DNA of 64,000 nucleotides, taken from the NCBI GenBank assembly GCA_047495785.1, contig JBLDXI010000021.1, positions 1,798,001 to 1,862,000 of the forward strand, written 5' to 3'. The DNA is from Lepidodermella squamata. Taxonomy: Eukaryota > Animalia > Gastrotricha. Position 1 is the stretch's first letter. Every line of letters begins with the position of its first letter. Positions 22,540 through 34,094 of the stretch are shown here, piece by piece. The translations under genes and the position numbers were made by a program. A model generated the notes under the pieces. It had not been told where the DNA came from, made no database searches, and saw only the letters and a list, made by a program, of their open reading frames with translations.

Positions 22540-24201
22540 GGTAAAATCGGTTATTGCACTATAATCGAGACTTATCCAATACACTAGATAAACAACCTAA
22601 CCGTTGATAAATATAAAGAACGTGATAAGCAAGAGCTGTTGGCATGAGTGGTAAAGCCACTGGTTCCGCATTAAACTAAGAGCTGTCAGAATCGCGCGCC
22701 GCTTCTGACGTGGCGCGTGAGAGACGTGTACCAAATGGACTGACAAATGTGAGGGAAGAGAGCGGCATAGTGCTGAATTACATAAAATAATGATTTTCTT
22801 TCAACTGACTCTCACTAACAAAAGACAAAACAATGCGGCTCTCTTTGTGATTATTATCTTTCAAAGCAGCGCGTGTAAAACATTTTCCGCTGAAAAGTGA
22901 CGAATGAAGCTGAAGAATGGAGGTCGAAACATTACAACTCAATGCACTGCTCCATGGAATATCTGTTAGCAATTAGCGGTTTGCTAGGATTTTGTAGGTT
23001 AAATTAAAATAATTATCTTTAAATACTGAAATTAAAGATAATTTTGAAACCAAAGGAAAAATACAATCCGATCATTCGTTTCAAATGGAGCGCTCTCATG
23101 TCGTCTTAGCGCGAGAAATCCAGGCTGCGAAGTAAACTGTAAAATACATGGGTACTATTTGCTTCATCTAAATATTACTTGCCGCAGGTATGGTCATTAT
23201 AACCTCATAAAAAAAACTTCAACGCATTAGCCGGTAGTCGGTGTCTCGTTCAAGATTCAAGAATATAAAAAAACACGTGAAATAAGAGGTGCATTAAAAT
23301 GTAAGGTAACCGGCTTGACGAAATATATATTTAACGACGTCAACGCCAAGTATAAGTTAGTAACTAGTGGCAATAAGTAAGGATATGCGCGAAGTTATCA
23401 AAGTCTATATGATGCTAGAATTTTATAGGTAAGTTATTCCAAACATAAAAGGAAACTATTATGCGAAACGAACGTATAATATGCATTTCCATCTTTTCCG
23501 ATACCTAAGTATTTCTCAGGTAATTACGAATACTGACATGGTAAGAAACTCGGCTTGAGTGAAAAAAAAACTTGTTAGATAGCTCTTTCTTTAGGCATGA
23601 GCTAATGTGAATGCCTTACAAATTCGAAACTTCAGCGATAATTAATAACGCATCAACTTCTTATTGCTTTGCAGCAAATGAGGCGCACACAGGAGTACAG
23701 CTCGATGAAAATGCTAAAAGTCGCCCGCTCTATCGAGGAATACAAAGATTAAAAGCTTAGGTTTTCTTTCTAAATCAAATAGTCGAAGCTCGATTTCACT
23801 TATCCCCGTTTCGCGTTATCATTTGAACAAAAAACACATTCGACACTTAGTTTTTTCTGAAATAAACACGCCTATGGCAGAACAGGTAAAAATTGGGTCG
23901 AGATTCTCAAGATATCCAGGAAAATGCAACTATTTGAAATTTCAAAAAATGTTAATTGGCTTTATTTCTTTAATTCCTGTCTGCCACTGGTTTTGGACTT
24001 CAAAAATGTGACTGTTTAAAAATAATGTCAACACTTACAGAAAGCTCAATGGGTGCTTCTCCACGGAGGCATAGAAATGATGCACGCTTGCTCTCTTAGA
24101 GTCTAACCATACTAGACCAGAACAAATTGCGTTAGAAGTTAGGGTTATAACAGGCCTAGTAAACCTTAGCAGCTTCGCTAAAACTGCCAAGTTCTCAATT
24201 A

Positions 24202-24623
24202 CCGTATTTTTCAGTATAAAGGCCGCACCTGAATAATCGCCGCAAACTCACCCTTTTGGGTGTTAATAAAGGCCGGCGCACTCGTTTAATCACCGCACGG
24301 TTCAAGCGATTAGCTCTCAACGACCTTACGCTGCCCGCTGACACTCTTGTTAGACTCCAGACACCCTCTGAAGTATACTAACAGATTAAATTCACCTTAG
24401 GTGAGTCGGAAAGTGACTAAATAACACGTAACACCTGTTTAATGCGTACGCCTGCAAGCTAATTTGTAGGAGAAATACCATGTTGCCTATTAAAATCAAA
24501 ACTTAGGAAAAATAAGGGCAGCACTCGAATAAAGACCGCAACCTATTAATCGGCGCATTTTTTGACCCATTTCTCGAAAAACAGGAAAATTACTCGCCAC
24601 GGCCTTTATACTGAACATTACGG
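24202..24623. mobile_element. pogo/Tigger-type MITE (Tc1/mariner superfamily)
   Basis: TA|CCGTATTTTTCAGTATAAAGGCCG ... CGGCCTTTATACTGAACATTACGG|TA; TA target duplication; internal CCGCAC/CCGCA repeats. Confidence 0.8.
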
Positions 24624-26666
24624 TATATTAAGCATTGAAGAATGGTGCCCCGAAGGACGGCGAATATTTGGGTAATCATTTCGCTCATTTCTGACGTGCG
24701 AAGCACGTCAGGCTCAAGATTATTCTGTGCGATAAGATCGAGAATCGCCTAATATTTTCTTCACGATTTGCTGATGCTGTTGTACAGGAAATTCAACAAA
24801 TTCGACGACTAAGCTTTCATTCTCTAACGACGACTATATTTCAAATCAAACCGAAACGTTTGAGACGAAATATTTTTCTATGACAAAAGAGCACATGGCT
24901 TATAGGTAATCTCATCACATGAAGTCAATGGTTCTTTACAAGGCAATTGACGTTGACCTCGTTGACTGGTATGTAATATGGTAAGGTCAGATTTTCTTGA
25001 AAATTGATCCGTGAGAAGATGATAACACGGATCGAACATCCAAACACCAAACACGACACATTTCTTAGGTCGAAAATTGGCCGTCCAATTATTTATTGTT
25101 TGTGGTTAATGAGAGTAAAAGCGAAAAGCGTGGAATATACACAAGTAGGGAGAGTAATCGAAGAGAAACGCAAGCCAAAGTGGCAGAAAGATCATGAAAT
25201 ATTAAGCGTATGTTCTTCAACCGGAGTTAGTATCCATGATCTAACGATTAATTAGATCAGACCGGTTGAGCATACCTATAACTTATACTTTCCCTATCTA
25301 GGCGATATGACTAAATACGCACGACGTGCTCACTCGCCGGTCAGTTTTAAAAACAGAATTTACAGTTACAGTCTTGGCAGAGAGCCAACATTTTTTCTAA
25401 AAAAAAACAGGCAAGTAGTAGTTTGCGGTCTCTGATGTCGCGTACCCTCGTCCCTCGTCGACGGCATCAAACATAGCACGTGCCACACCCTAGCAGAAAT
25501 CGAAACCGGCACCCTTGGCCACCCCTATTTCGCCCAATGATTTGAAATAATAATTTATAAATTGTATTGCTTATAAATTATAAAATTTATCGTAATTTTT
25601 CACATAATATTTATTTTATTGGGTTCAATATTTAATGAGATTTTTAGATTCCGAATTTTGGAGACAGTTATCTTTTTAGTAGGTTGTGGTGGCTTTCTCT
25701 CCTTACCTGATGCGAGGGCTGGGATGGCTAATGGCTAATGGCTAATGGTTAATTGATTGGTTGAAAGTCGTTTTTCTGTCAACAATGTTACGATTTTTGA
25801 CCACCATATACCATATTCAGGATCATCATTATTCCTCCACACTGCTAACTGCTTACTATATTACTCTGCTCATTGCGCAGAGCGCAAAATTCACAAGTTA
25901 CAGTTGGACATGAGGCATGGGAAGTGAATGCCAATTGCGACGGCAGGGCCGCTAGACGCCCCTGAGTAACATCTAACATTATGTTTGCGCAAACACTCCA
26001 CCATCTGAACTCCCTTCTCCAGTAGTTCATAACCGTAAGAGTTTCGGCAATCATTCAAAGGAAAGAAATATAGTTAATCGCAGGCTGACAGATAGAAGTT
26101 AGTCCATGCTGATGTAGCTGGAAGAAAGACCGCTGTCCTTGTTTAAATTGTTCAATAGTTCCAACTTCATGATGAACTCACTAATCATTTATCAAACCTT
26201 TATTGGAACAAAATTGTTTCAATTCACCGTTGTTACGGTTTTAATTATTTTGTTAATAAGTTGAAGTTGATCCGCACCATTACGGCGTTAGTATTTTAGT
26301 AATAAACTTGCAGTAATTATTAACATCAGCCAAAATATCTGTTCGTCTGCACAATGGCCATCTTATCAGGCATGATATGTTGTTGCCTCAAATTGTGGCT
26401 ATGCATAATTTGTACTTACCTAGTATGTCAATCAGTAATTGCGGTAATTTCCAGACCGTTGCCGCTGGATCTCGGAACCTGGTACTGAATTCAACGTTAT
26501 GCGCGGTTTTTCATAATGTTTGTGGTTTGTGGGCTAATAGACATTGATTTTCTCTTCTCTACCACTATTGGCAGAATGATTCATCTAGTAGAGCTGTAAT
26601 TGCGTAATTCTCAACTGTGTTTTCATTCGTACATAGGTTATTAATTGATTGCCCAGTCGATTTAAA

Positions 26667-27734
26667 ATGTATAACGGAATAGGCCTCACGACAGCTCGTG
26701 GAAGTGGTACCAACGGCTTTGTTCAGCGCAACTTATCCGCCGTCCCAGCCAAGCAAAAACGAGTCGAGTATAAATCCGAAGATGACCTGAAGAAGCTTGA
26801 AAGTGAGCTTATGCGAGGTCCGAATCCTGAAATTCTGCAACATGCCAGAAAACGTCAAATTGAATTGAAGTGTTTGGAAATGCGAGAGTTGATGGAGGAA
26901 CAAAAGTAAGTTCATCTCGCTGTAGTTTTTTTCAAAACTTCACGTATGTTTTATTATACAGCTACGCCGAAGAGGAAATTGAACAGAAGGTAGCGAAGTT
27001 TCGCAAAATGCTGTTTGAAAAGGAAGCTGCTTCTGACGGATCTCGCTTGCACTTGGAAAAGGACGCATTTGGGCGGCCAATGTATGAACCTATTTGATGA
27101 GTTGATGGTTGTCTTCATATGTATTAACAGAGCGCGAGATAGCCACGAAATGGCACAGGCTCAAGCAGAAAAGAACCGACGGTTCAAGGAGGCTCTCGGA
27201 TTGCCCTCCGATTACGTTGACGGTTCATCGCTAGAAAAGTTGGCTAAGCGCAGCGCCGAGTCAGAGGCAGCCAAGTCTGAGCCCAAATATTCGTTCATTG
27301 ATGAGCCTGATGAAGAGCCTGGAACTAGCCAAGCAGCAACTGCGAAAGTTTCAACCAGTTCCGACAAGCAGGCCAGCGATAGCAACGCATCAGACGAAAG
27401 GTCCTCTAAAATGAAAAAGAAATCGAAGAAGTAAGTTAGCTGATAACTGAGTTTTCGAATTGCTACCAAGTTGTCATATAGGCATAAACGCAAGCACGTT
27501 AAAGTGAAGGCTGAAAAGCAAGATCCAGTTTCTGTTGATGACGACAACAAGCGTCGACACTCCCGCAACACTTCCTCCTCCCCAGAGAGAAAGCGACATC
27601 ATGGCAAAGACAGTTCCAAACGCAAAAGCAGTAAAAAACATTCCAGATCTACGTCGAGGTCCAGCTCGGAGTCTAGCGACGAATCGAGCAAAGACAGGCG
27701 TTCCAGCCACAAAGAGCGAAGCCGGCATCATTAG
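26667..27734 (+). CDS. SRRM2: cwf21-domain splicing factor (short SRRM2/CWC21/RSR-2-like, ~303 aa); exons 26667-26905, 26962-27081, 27131-27430, 27482-27734
   Basis: MYNGIGLTTARGSGTNGFVQRNLS, EILQHARKRQIELKC, EEIEQKVAKFRKML, DSHEMAQAQ; Lys/Ser/Arg-rich tail. Confidence 0.9.
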
Positions 27735-27868
27735 CGAGACTCCTAAGGTGTCTCGTCATTGAGCTTTTTTCAAACATTTTGACGTAGTTCTTTCTTATCA
27801 ATGTGTAATGCGAATTAAACCGCACATTTGTTAATTTGTTTTCCCTTTTGCTAGGTTTTAGTTATTTT

Positions 27869-28200
27869 ATGTCGCTTTTCTCTCGAAAGACTGGTGAAAT
27901 TTTTCATTTTGTGGTAAGTGTGCCGGTTACGATGTGATTTGATAGTGATTTGACCGTTCATTTTCCAGTTTCTTGTGATTTGCGTTATCTCATCGTGGTT
28001 TTTCGTGCTATACGCTGGTATCACCATCGGAATTCGAAAGTTACATTCTGAAACGGGAATCAGCGAAGCTCCTGTAACACGCGTTATTTCAAACAATACA
28101 TATCTCCAGGTATTGCTTTTTGTTTTTCTACTCCCCATTGTATTATCATGTACCTATGATTTTTTAGAGGGATACTCTGTATGGAGGTGGTGAACTGTAA
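27869..28200 (+). CDS. Putative 72-aa single-pass membrane microprotein (spliced ORF overlapping the CRCP start); exons 27869-27913, 27969-28109, 28168-28200
   Basis: Two phase-0 GT-AG introns (55 and 58 nt) give MSLFSRKTGEIFHFVFLVICVISSWFFVLYAGITIGIRKLHSETGISEAPVTRVISNNTYLQRDTLYGGGEL*. Confidence 0.5.
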
Positions 28201-28564
28201 CAGAGCTCTTTTATCGAACGTCGAAGTATATCAGTTTCTAAAAGACATTCAAGGTGGTCGAGAGCAATATCAAAGGATAGGAAAGCATCAAACAAATCTC
28301 GCCACTGTGATCTACGAAAGCATTCAACACTTGGAACAAACTCCCTGCAAAACACAACAGCCAGAGCAGATAACTGCGTTTTTAGAAGAAGTCAGCAAGA
28401 AATTTCAGCTTACTAAAGCTGAGCGATTGATGTTAGTAAACCATTGTCCTGTGACTCCAGTCGAAATTCAATTGCTGATTGATAACGCGGACGAGCGTTT
28501 GACCGAGGATCAAGTGAATAATTTGTTGGAACTTGTTGCTCAACACTTCCCGACCGTGAAATGA
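28181..28564 (+). CDS. CRCP: RNA polymerase III subunit RPC9 / CGRP receptor component
   Basis: ALLSNVEVYQFL, NLATVIYE, FQLTKAERLMLVNHCP...VEIQLLIDNADERLTEDQV (Rpb4/RPC9 HRDC fold). Coding part is intronless. Confidence 0.92.
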   Translation: MEVVNCNRALLSNVEVYQFLKDIQGGREQYQRIGKHQTNLATVIYESIQHLEQTPCKTQQPEQITAFLEEVSKKFQLTKAERLMLVNHCPVTPVEIQLLIDNADERLTEDQVNNLLELVAQHFPTVK

Positions 28565-28740
28565 TTGATGATCAGCTGGATTTTGTTACTTATTATCTCC
28601 TAGTTATTCCATCGACAATGCCTGTTATTTTGTTTTTCCTCTTTCTCGCGTGGTTTGGCAAATCGCTTTTTGTGAACAATTAAATTGCACAATCACATGT
28701 CATTCATGCTTTTTAGGACACGATGATTTAAAATTTGCTG

Positions 28741-29964
28741 ATGGGATTCCTGCAAACGTGCCTGAGATACGGATCTCGATCCGTGGTTTTCGCGACGAGA
28801 ATTCTCTGTCGACCATGTCAAGGCGTTATTGCGCAGAGAATCGAGCGTTCCTTGCAGCTATATAGCCTTTATTCAAAACTGTACGACCGCCACTCGGCTA
28901 AACGTATTTTGAATCAATGCTTGAATCAGCTTGGCTCGTCACTTCATAGCAAAGTTTCCCCGAGAAGTCGTCGCTTATTATTATTACTCTCAGCATCAGC
29001 CCCGTTAATTCGCTTAGACAAGTCATCTATAATTCAGGAAAATGGCATCGATCAGTTCCTGGTTCAGGCAATTATGGACATGCGCGATGGTGTAAAGGCT
29101 TCCGATTCTCCGCTGATCAGAGATCATATAAAAGGGGAATCTTCGAAAGTAATGATGAACTCTCAATCGAAGACAGTTGAGCAGCGAAAGTCGGAGAATT
29201 GGGAAATTTTCGTCGACTCGGAATCTGTTACAGTCTGGCGCCGGCCGGTTGCCGATCGACCTTCTCACCTGAGCGAGTATCTCGTCTTTGGTTCTTACAG
29301 CGATATTCAACCCATCGCTTTCCATTTTGCCCAGGTGAGAAAAATGCACATTCACCTTAATTATTCTCATTTTTTCATTTTACAGACGGATGTCGATTAC
29401 AGGAGGCAGTGGGATTCTTATACAATCGACCTTCAACTTCTTCGATCTGACACCCAGTCGAAATCCGATTTTATACGGTGGATCGTCAGCTTTCCCTTCC
29501 CACTTGCCCCCCGTGAGTACGTATTAAGTCGGCAGTCGAAAGTCGACCAACAGAAAAATATGATTGTTGCCGTGAGCAAGGCCATTCCCGCGGATCACGA
29601 TGCCATCTCGGACCTGCAATCGAAATCGTCAAACCGACTCGTTCGGGTCAACGAGTATTATTCAGTCATGGTTGTCGTACCGCATACATCGCTCGAGCAA
29701 CCTGGGCTCGATTTTGTGCTATTGTACTTCGACGACCCGCAAATGCCGTCGGGTAAATTTTCGAAGTGCGCTCAAAGCGTGGGTGCTGCATCGGGCATGC
29801 GCGATTACCTGACTCGGCTTCGGAAGGCGGCACTCGGCTTGCAATCTAACCCTGATAAGCCTAAACTACTTGCACCCCCTCAGCAAGACAGCCAATCTTC
29901 ACAATCAGCTACGTCGCGGTCTCCTGACTTGGATCTGGCGGAGCTGGGTGCCTTGTCTGCTTGA
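28741..29964 (+). CDS. STARD7: START-domain lipid transfer protein, STARD7-like (mitochondrial presequence); intron 29335-29385
   Basis: Arg/Leu/Ser-rich N-terminus; VWRRP...EYLVFGSYSDI...QTDVDYRRQWD...RWIVSFPFPLAPREYV...LVRVNEY.S...LLYFDDP. Confidence 0.85.
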   Translation: MGFLQTCLRYGSRSVVFATRILCRPCQGVIAQRIERSLQLYSLYSKLYDRHSAKRILNQCLNQLGSSLHSKVSPRSRRLLLLLSASAPLIRLDKSSIIQENGIDQFLVQAIMDMRDGVKASDSPLIRDHIKGESSKVMMNSQSKTVEQRKSENWEIFVDSESVTVWRRPVADRPSHLSEYLVFGSYSDIQPIAFHFAQVRKMHIHLNYSHFFILQTDVDYRRQWDSYTIDLQLLRSDTQSKSDFIRWIVSFPFPLAPREYVLSRQSKVDQQKNMIVAVSKAIPADHDAISDLQSKSSNRLVRVNEYYSVMVVVPHTSLEQPGLDFVLLYFDDPQMPSGKFSKCAQSVGAASGMRDYLTRLRKAALGLQSNPDKPKLLAPPQQDSQSSQSATSRSPDLDLAELGALSA

Positions 29965-31571
29965 CACCAAAATTACATATATCTGGATTACAACTGACAC
30001 CCTAAACATAACACCTATATTTTGATCAGAAAATTAATGATATACCATATAGAATACCCGTGCGATAAGAAATGGCACTTACGGTGTGTAAAACGAGTGT
30101 GTTACGATTTCCCACGAATTAATGCACTTTTTTGAGGTCGCGCATCTTACTTTCATTTGGGGAATTTTCGTTACATCAAAGTTTTATTAATTGAGAAGCT
30201 AAGAAATAAAATGGCAGTTTGCGCGATGACAATTGCTGAGTCGCGTTTTGTCACAGGTTTCCTCACTATCGATGACGTAATTTTGTACCCACCAAGCGTT
30301 GTGAATTTTTTCCATCTATTAGCGCGTACAGTTTGATTTACAGTTGACGAGCAAGCCACAGTTTTTCAAACGAGCAGATATAAACGTGAGATTTCTGCGT
30401 TTAATCGCTTACTGATAAGACATTACGCGAATACACGGTGAAACAGCGCGGCGTCATCACGAGAGAGATGAGAGCTGGTTTCAGCTGAATCAGGAATCGA
30501 ACTTGTTGAATTCCTTACTGGTTGGAAAATACTGGGGCTTTCCATACGAAGGCGGCCTGGCCTGTTAGTTACTGATATCAAGTTGTTCGTGACCTGCTTC
30601 ATACAGGTAGAGCAAACGATCATTTGCGATGAACGGAAATTTTATTTAATGAGCATGGCTAAGAAAGCTCCACGTTTTGAAGCTCTACAAAAGCGTTAAT
30701 AATAATTTGATCCGAATAAACGTTGTAGCTCCAAATAAAAATTGTGGACAATTTTCGTACACAAAATATTGGCTAAATCCTGGCCGATAGTGTTCCAGAG
30801 CTATCGATTTGGATAGCATATTCGGCTATTACAATTTGTGGCTGATTTTCGAAATCGAAGCCTTGAAAGTCAACATCATCCGTTTTCCTTTATATTTTGT
30901 ATACCCCAACTTTCGGAAATGTTTCGGAGGTTTCGGAAATGATATAAACAGCAGGTACCTACCGTCAGAAAGCCGTCAGACGAGGTCACTTTTATAGTCT
31001 GGCTCATTTTTGCGTATCAAAAATCGATGGTGGTACAGTAAAACCTCATGAGTGGGATACCATTGGATAGTGAAAATTTCCGGACATGAAATAACCAGTA
31101 AAGTATGAGATCATCTTAAATCTATTTTCGGTAGAACTGAGTGACGGCTCAACGCGAACCCAATCAGAATGGCAATCATATGATACATTCAGCTTGCCAT
31201 TCCTTCCCGAATTTTTCCGAATTTTTTAACGAGCTAGGTCAGATCAGTGTGCGAAATACAGGGGGTACGGGGGAACCGCACCTTAGCTCGAGAAGGGTCG
31301 AGAAGTCAGAAATTCCGAAAAACCAATACTTCGAAATTTCAGGACCGAAAATACTGCGAATTACCCTTGGCTCGAGGATCCTACTTCGCACACTGGGTCA
31401 GATTGAGGCTTATTTTTGGTGTACTCTAGTTGACAGTTGACTTGGGGCATGTTGACTGTCATCAAATTGATGCGGATTGAAGCATGAAGCTAAACCAATA
31501 CAATTCAAGTTATCCTTGGCTCTCTTTAATCTACTTGTTTCCGTCGAATTATCAGCGAATTGTTATAGCTC

Positions 31572-31618
31572 AAAAATGAGCGCCCTTGCAATTTTCAATT
31601 GCAAGGGCGCTCATTTTT
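31572..31618. repeat. Perfect 22-bp inverted repeat with 3-nt loop
   Basis: aaaaatgagcgcccttgcaatt-ttc-aattgcaagggcgctcattttt. Confidence 0.95.
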
Positions 31619-32453
31619 CAACAGCTCATGACCGAGTTTATTCTTCTCTACCTCTACTTGCCGATCTCTTGAAATACACATTTTCCGGTTTTACCGCGCA
31701 TTTGTTGTCACCCAATATCGTGCTGGCAATACCTGTGTCGCGCGCGATCGAATTAGATGACGGATCGGCTAAGAAACGCCATTTTAAACAGCCACAAATT
31801 AGAGGGTATTTTGACCGACACACAATGTGAAGCACCAGGCTAGGTGAAGCAATTACTAAAAAACCACAGGTCTCACCGCACGAATTTTTCTGTGGAAATT
31901 CCGGACAACTCCGCCTATTAGTATTGCATCATATGGCGCCAACTGCTAGGCCGTACAAGAGCCTTAATCATAGGAACGTGAATGATGCCACATTTCGAAT
32001 CGCCGAAGCTTTCCGTATTCGGAACCGGGCAGCATGATTCCTGATGTTACAGATTAAAAAATTAATAAGTTGAAGCGATAATGAAATAATAACACCTGTT
32101 CATCAATTAACGATTAGAATTTGCATCAGTAAGAACACGTTTTGCATGACGTCACACGTCACTATCACCGGTAACATACATTTTTTAGTCCATTTATCGT
32201 AATTAATTAAAATTATCTGCCAATTAATTAATGCACCACCACGCCTCTTTATCTGCAATTTTCGAACTTCAGGAAATCTATAGTGATCTGACTAGTTTCT
32301 CGCACCGATAAGAAGGAATTTGGTCCATGCGTCACTTCAGTGGAAATTACTCATGCTTGAATCGTATAAAAATGAGCGAAACAATTGAGTCTCCTCACTT
32401 CGTAAATTAATTGGCTTTCTAATTACTACCTGAAATCACTACCTTTTTCTAAA

Positions 32454-33335
32454 ATGCTCTTGATGATGTTGCTCTCAATCCTTGTTCCGACTTCTGCTGT
32501 GCTAGTAAGTGGCTCAACTAGCACCGAGTCCGATCGGCCAAGTCTTGTCAATATGTGCGATGGTACGAATAGTAAGCAGCTCGAGACAGTTCTTTGCTGT
32601 CTTACGTACAGCCCACCTGAAGGCCGGCATTCCCCCGAGCTCACAGCCTCGAATATTTGCACGCATGATGAGAAGTCGAAAGGTCTGTGCAGCTTCTTGA
32701 ACCTGATCGGTAGCCTGTCGAACGAATCAAACGCATTGGCAATTAAAAGCCACGAGGCGAACAGCTTCCACAAAGAAAGAAATCCCAGGCAATTTCATCG
32801 GTCTTGGCTTCATGGCTTCAGACGGTGTAGCCTCTTCGGTTACAAGTCTCTTCTACATAAAGATAAATGGTCAAGGCTAAATCACCACGATGAACAACTT
32901 TTGCTGCCTAGGACGATGCAGGAATGGAATCAGCTGATATGTGAGACTAACAATATCGAACCCATTCTACTGCATTCTATTGGCGATGATGGTGCTCGCT
33001 AGCTTTCCGTCAACAAACAATTACTCGAAGAATTCTTGAAATCAGCGGAATTCGTCAGAATATTCAACATTTTGGACGTTTCTCGAATGGCTGAATCGCT
33101 TTATTCGCCATCTACCACTGACTCAAATAGTTTCTACCAAAGAGCGAAATGTCAGCTGACGTCCTTGCTAGGTGGATTTTGGGCGCAGCAGCACATCTAC
33201 CCTAGCCCGGAGCCGGCACTGAGCGATGTATGGAAGGACGTCTCTCAAACTATTTTCAACCGTTACAAATATTGCCTGCACGAAGCTGTAGAAGATATTG
33301 TGATATCGCTGGCGTGGCTCATCATAGGTCAATGA
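32454..33335 (+). CDS. Uncharacterised secreted or membrane-anchored protein (~275-293 aa)
   Basis: Signal-peptide-like start MLLMMLLSILVPTSAVLVS. ORFs 32454-33002 and 33003-33335 are in the same frame, separated by one TAG that a candidate 54-nt intron (32992-33045) would remove. Hydrophobic C-terminus; AATAAA at ~33446. Confidence 0.55.
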
Positions 33336-34094
33336 ATTATGTCTCAATATAACTTTCGCCAACTAGTTATCATATCAAATTGCCTCATTAGTTTTGATCC
33401 GGTGACATATTTTATCCAAGAAAAATATAAAAAAAGAATATAAATAATAAAAAGCGTTGACATGTCAATTCCCTCATTTTATTTTCTCGTTTTCTTTCTC
33501 GGGTATCAATAAGGCGATTTTTCAGAGAAACATAAATTGCGTAGCGACTTTCAATAAAATTACAGCAAGGGTCTCATATTATACAAATCAATCAATCAAT
33601 AATACTTTCTGAAGGTTGAAGATGATTGTCTTTTTGTCATTTTGACTCCAATATACTGGAGAATAAGACCAAATAATCGCCATGAAATAATAACTGACTA
33701 CATTTTTATAATGACAGCTGTACAGCGCCAGTGCGAGATTTTTTCGAAAACATGTCCAATAAACGTCCGTGTCGACAATTTAAGAGCAATCACGCGCAAT
33801 CACTACCGGATTTTTTGTACATTTTTATGAGCTGCTTTTTATCAAGAAGGGCTGAATAATATTATTGTTTGTGGCTTTTTCCGAAAACGCACGTTTTTCT
33901 ATTACAAAAAATGAATGGAACAAAACGAAAGAATTGTGGACTCGAGTCGACAATAATAATCTATTTTAAAATTCGAAAAATGCAACACAACAAAAGATTG
34001 TTAAAAGGTAATACAATAAGGACAGTATTTGAGGCGAAAGTGCCTCGAAATACGTTATATCACAGAAGAAAGACAAGCTCGAGATTAACACCAT

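Noticed and set aside
25845-26054. Minus-strand ORF vaguely like a hAT C-terminal domain
   Set aside because: Key motifs not recognisable; cannot be supported.
31034-31090. TACAGTAAAACCTC, a pogo-like terminus
   Set aside because: No matching opposite end found.
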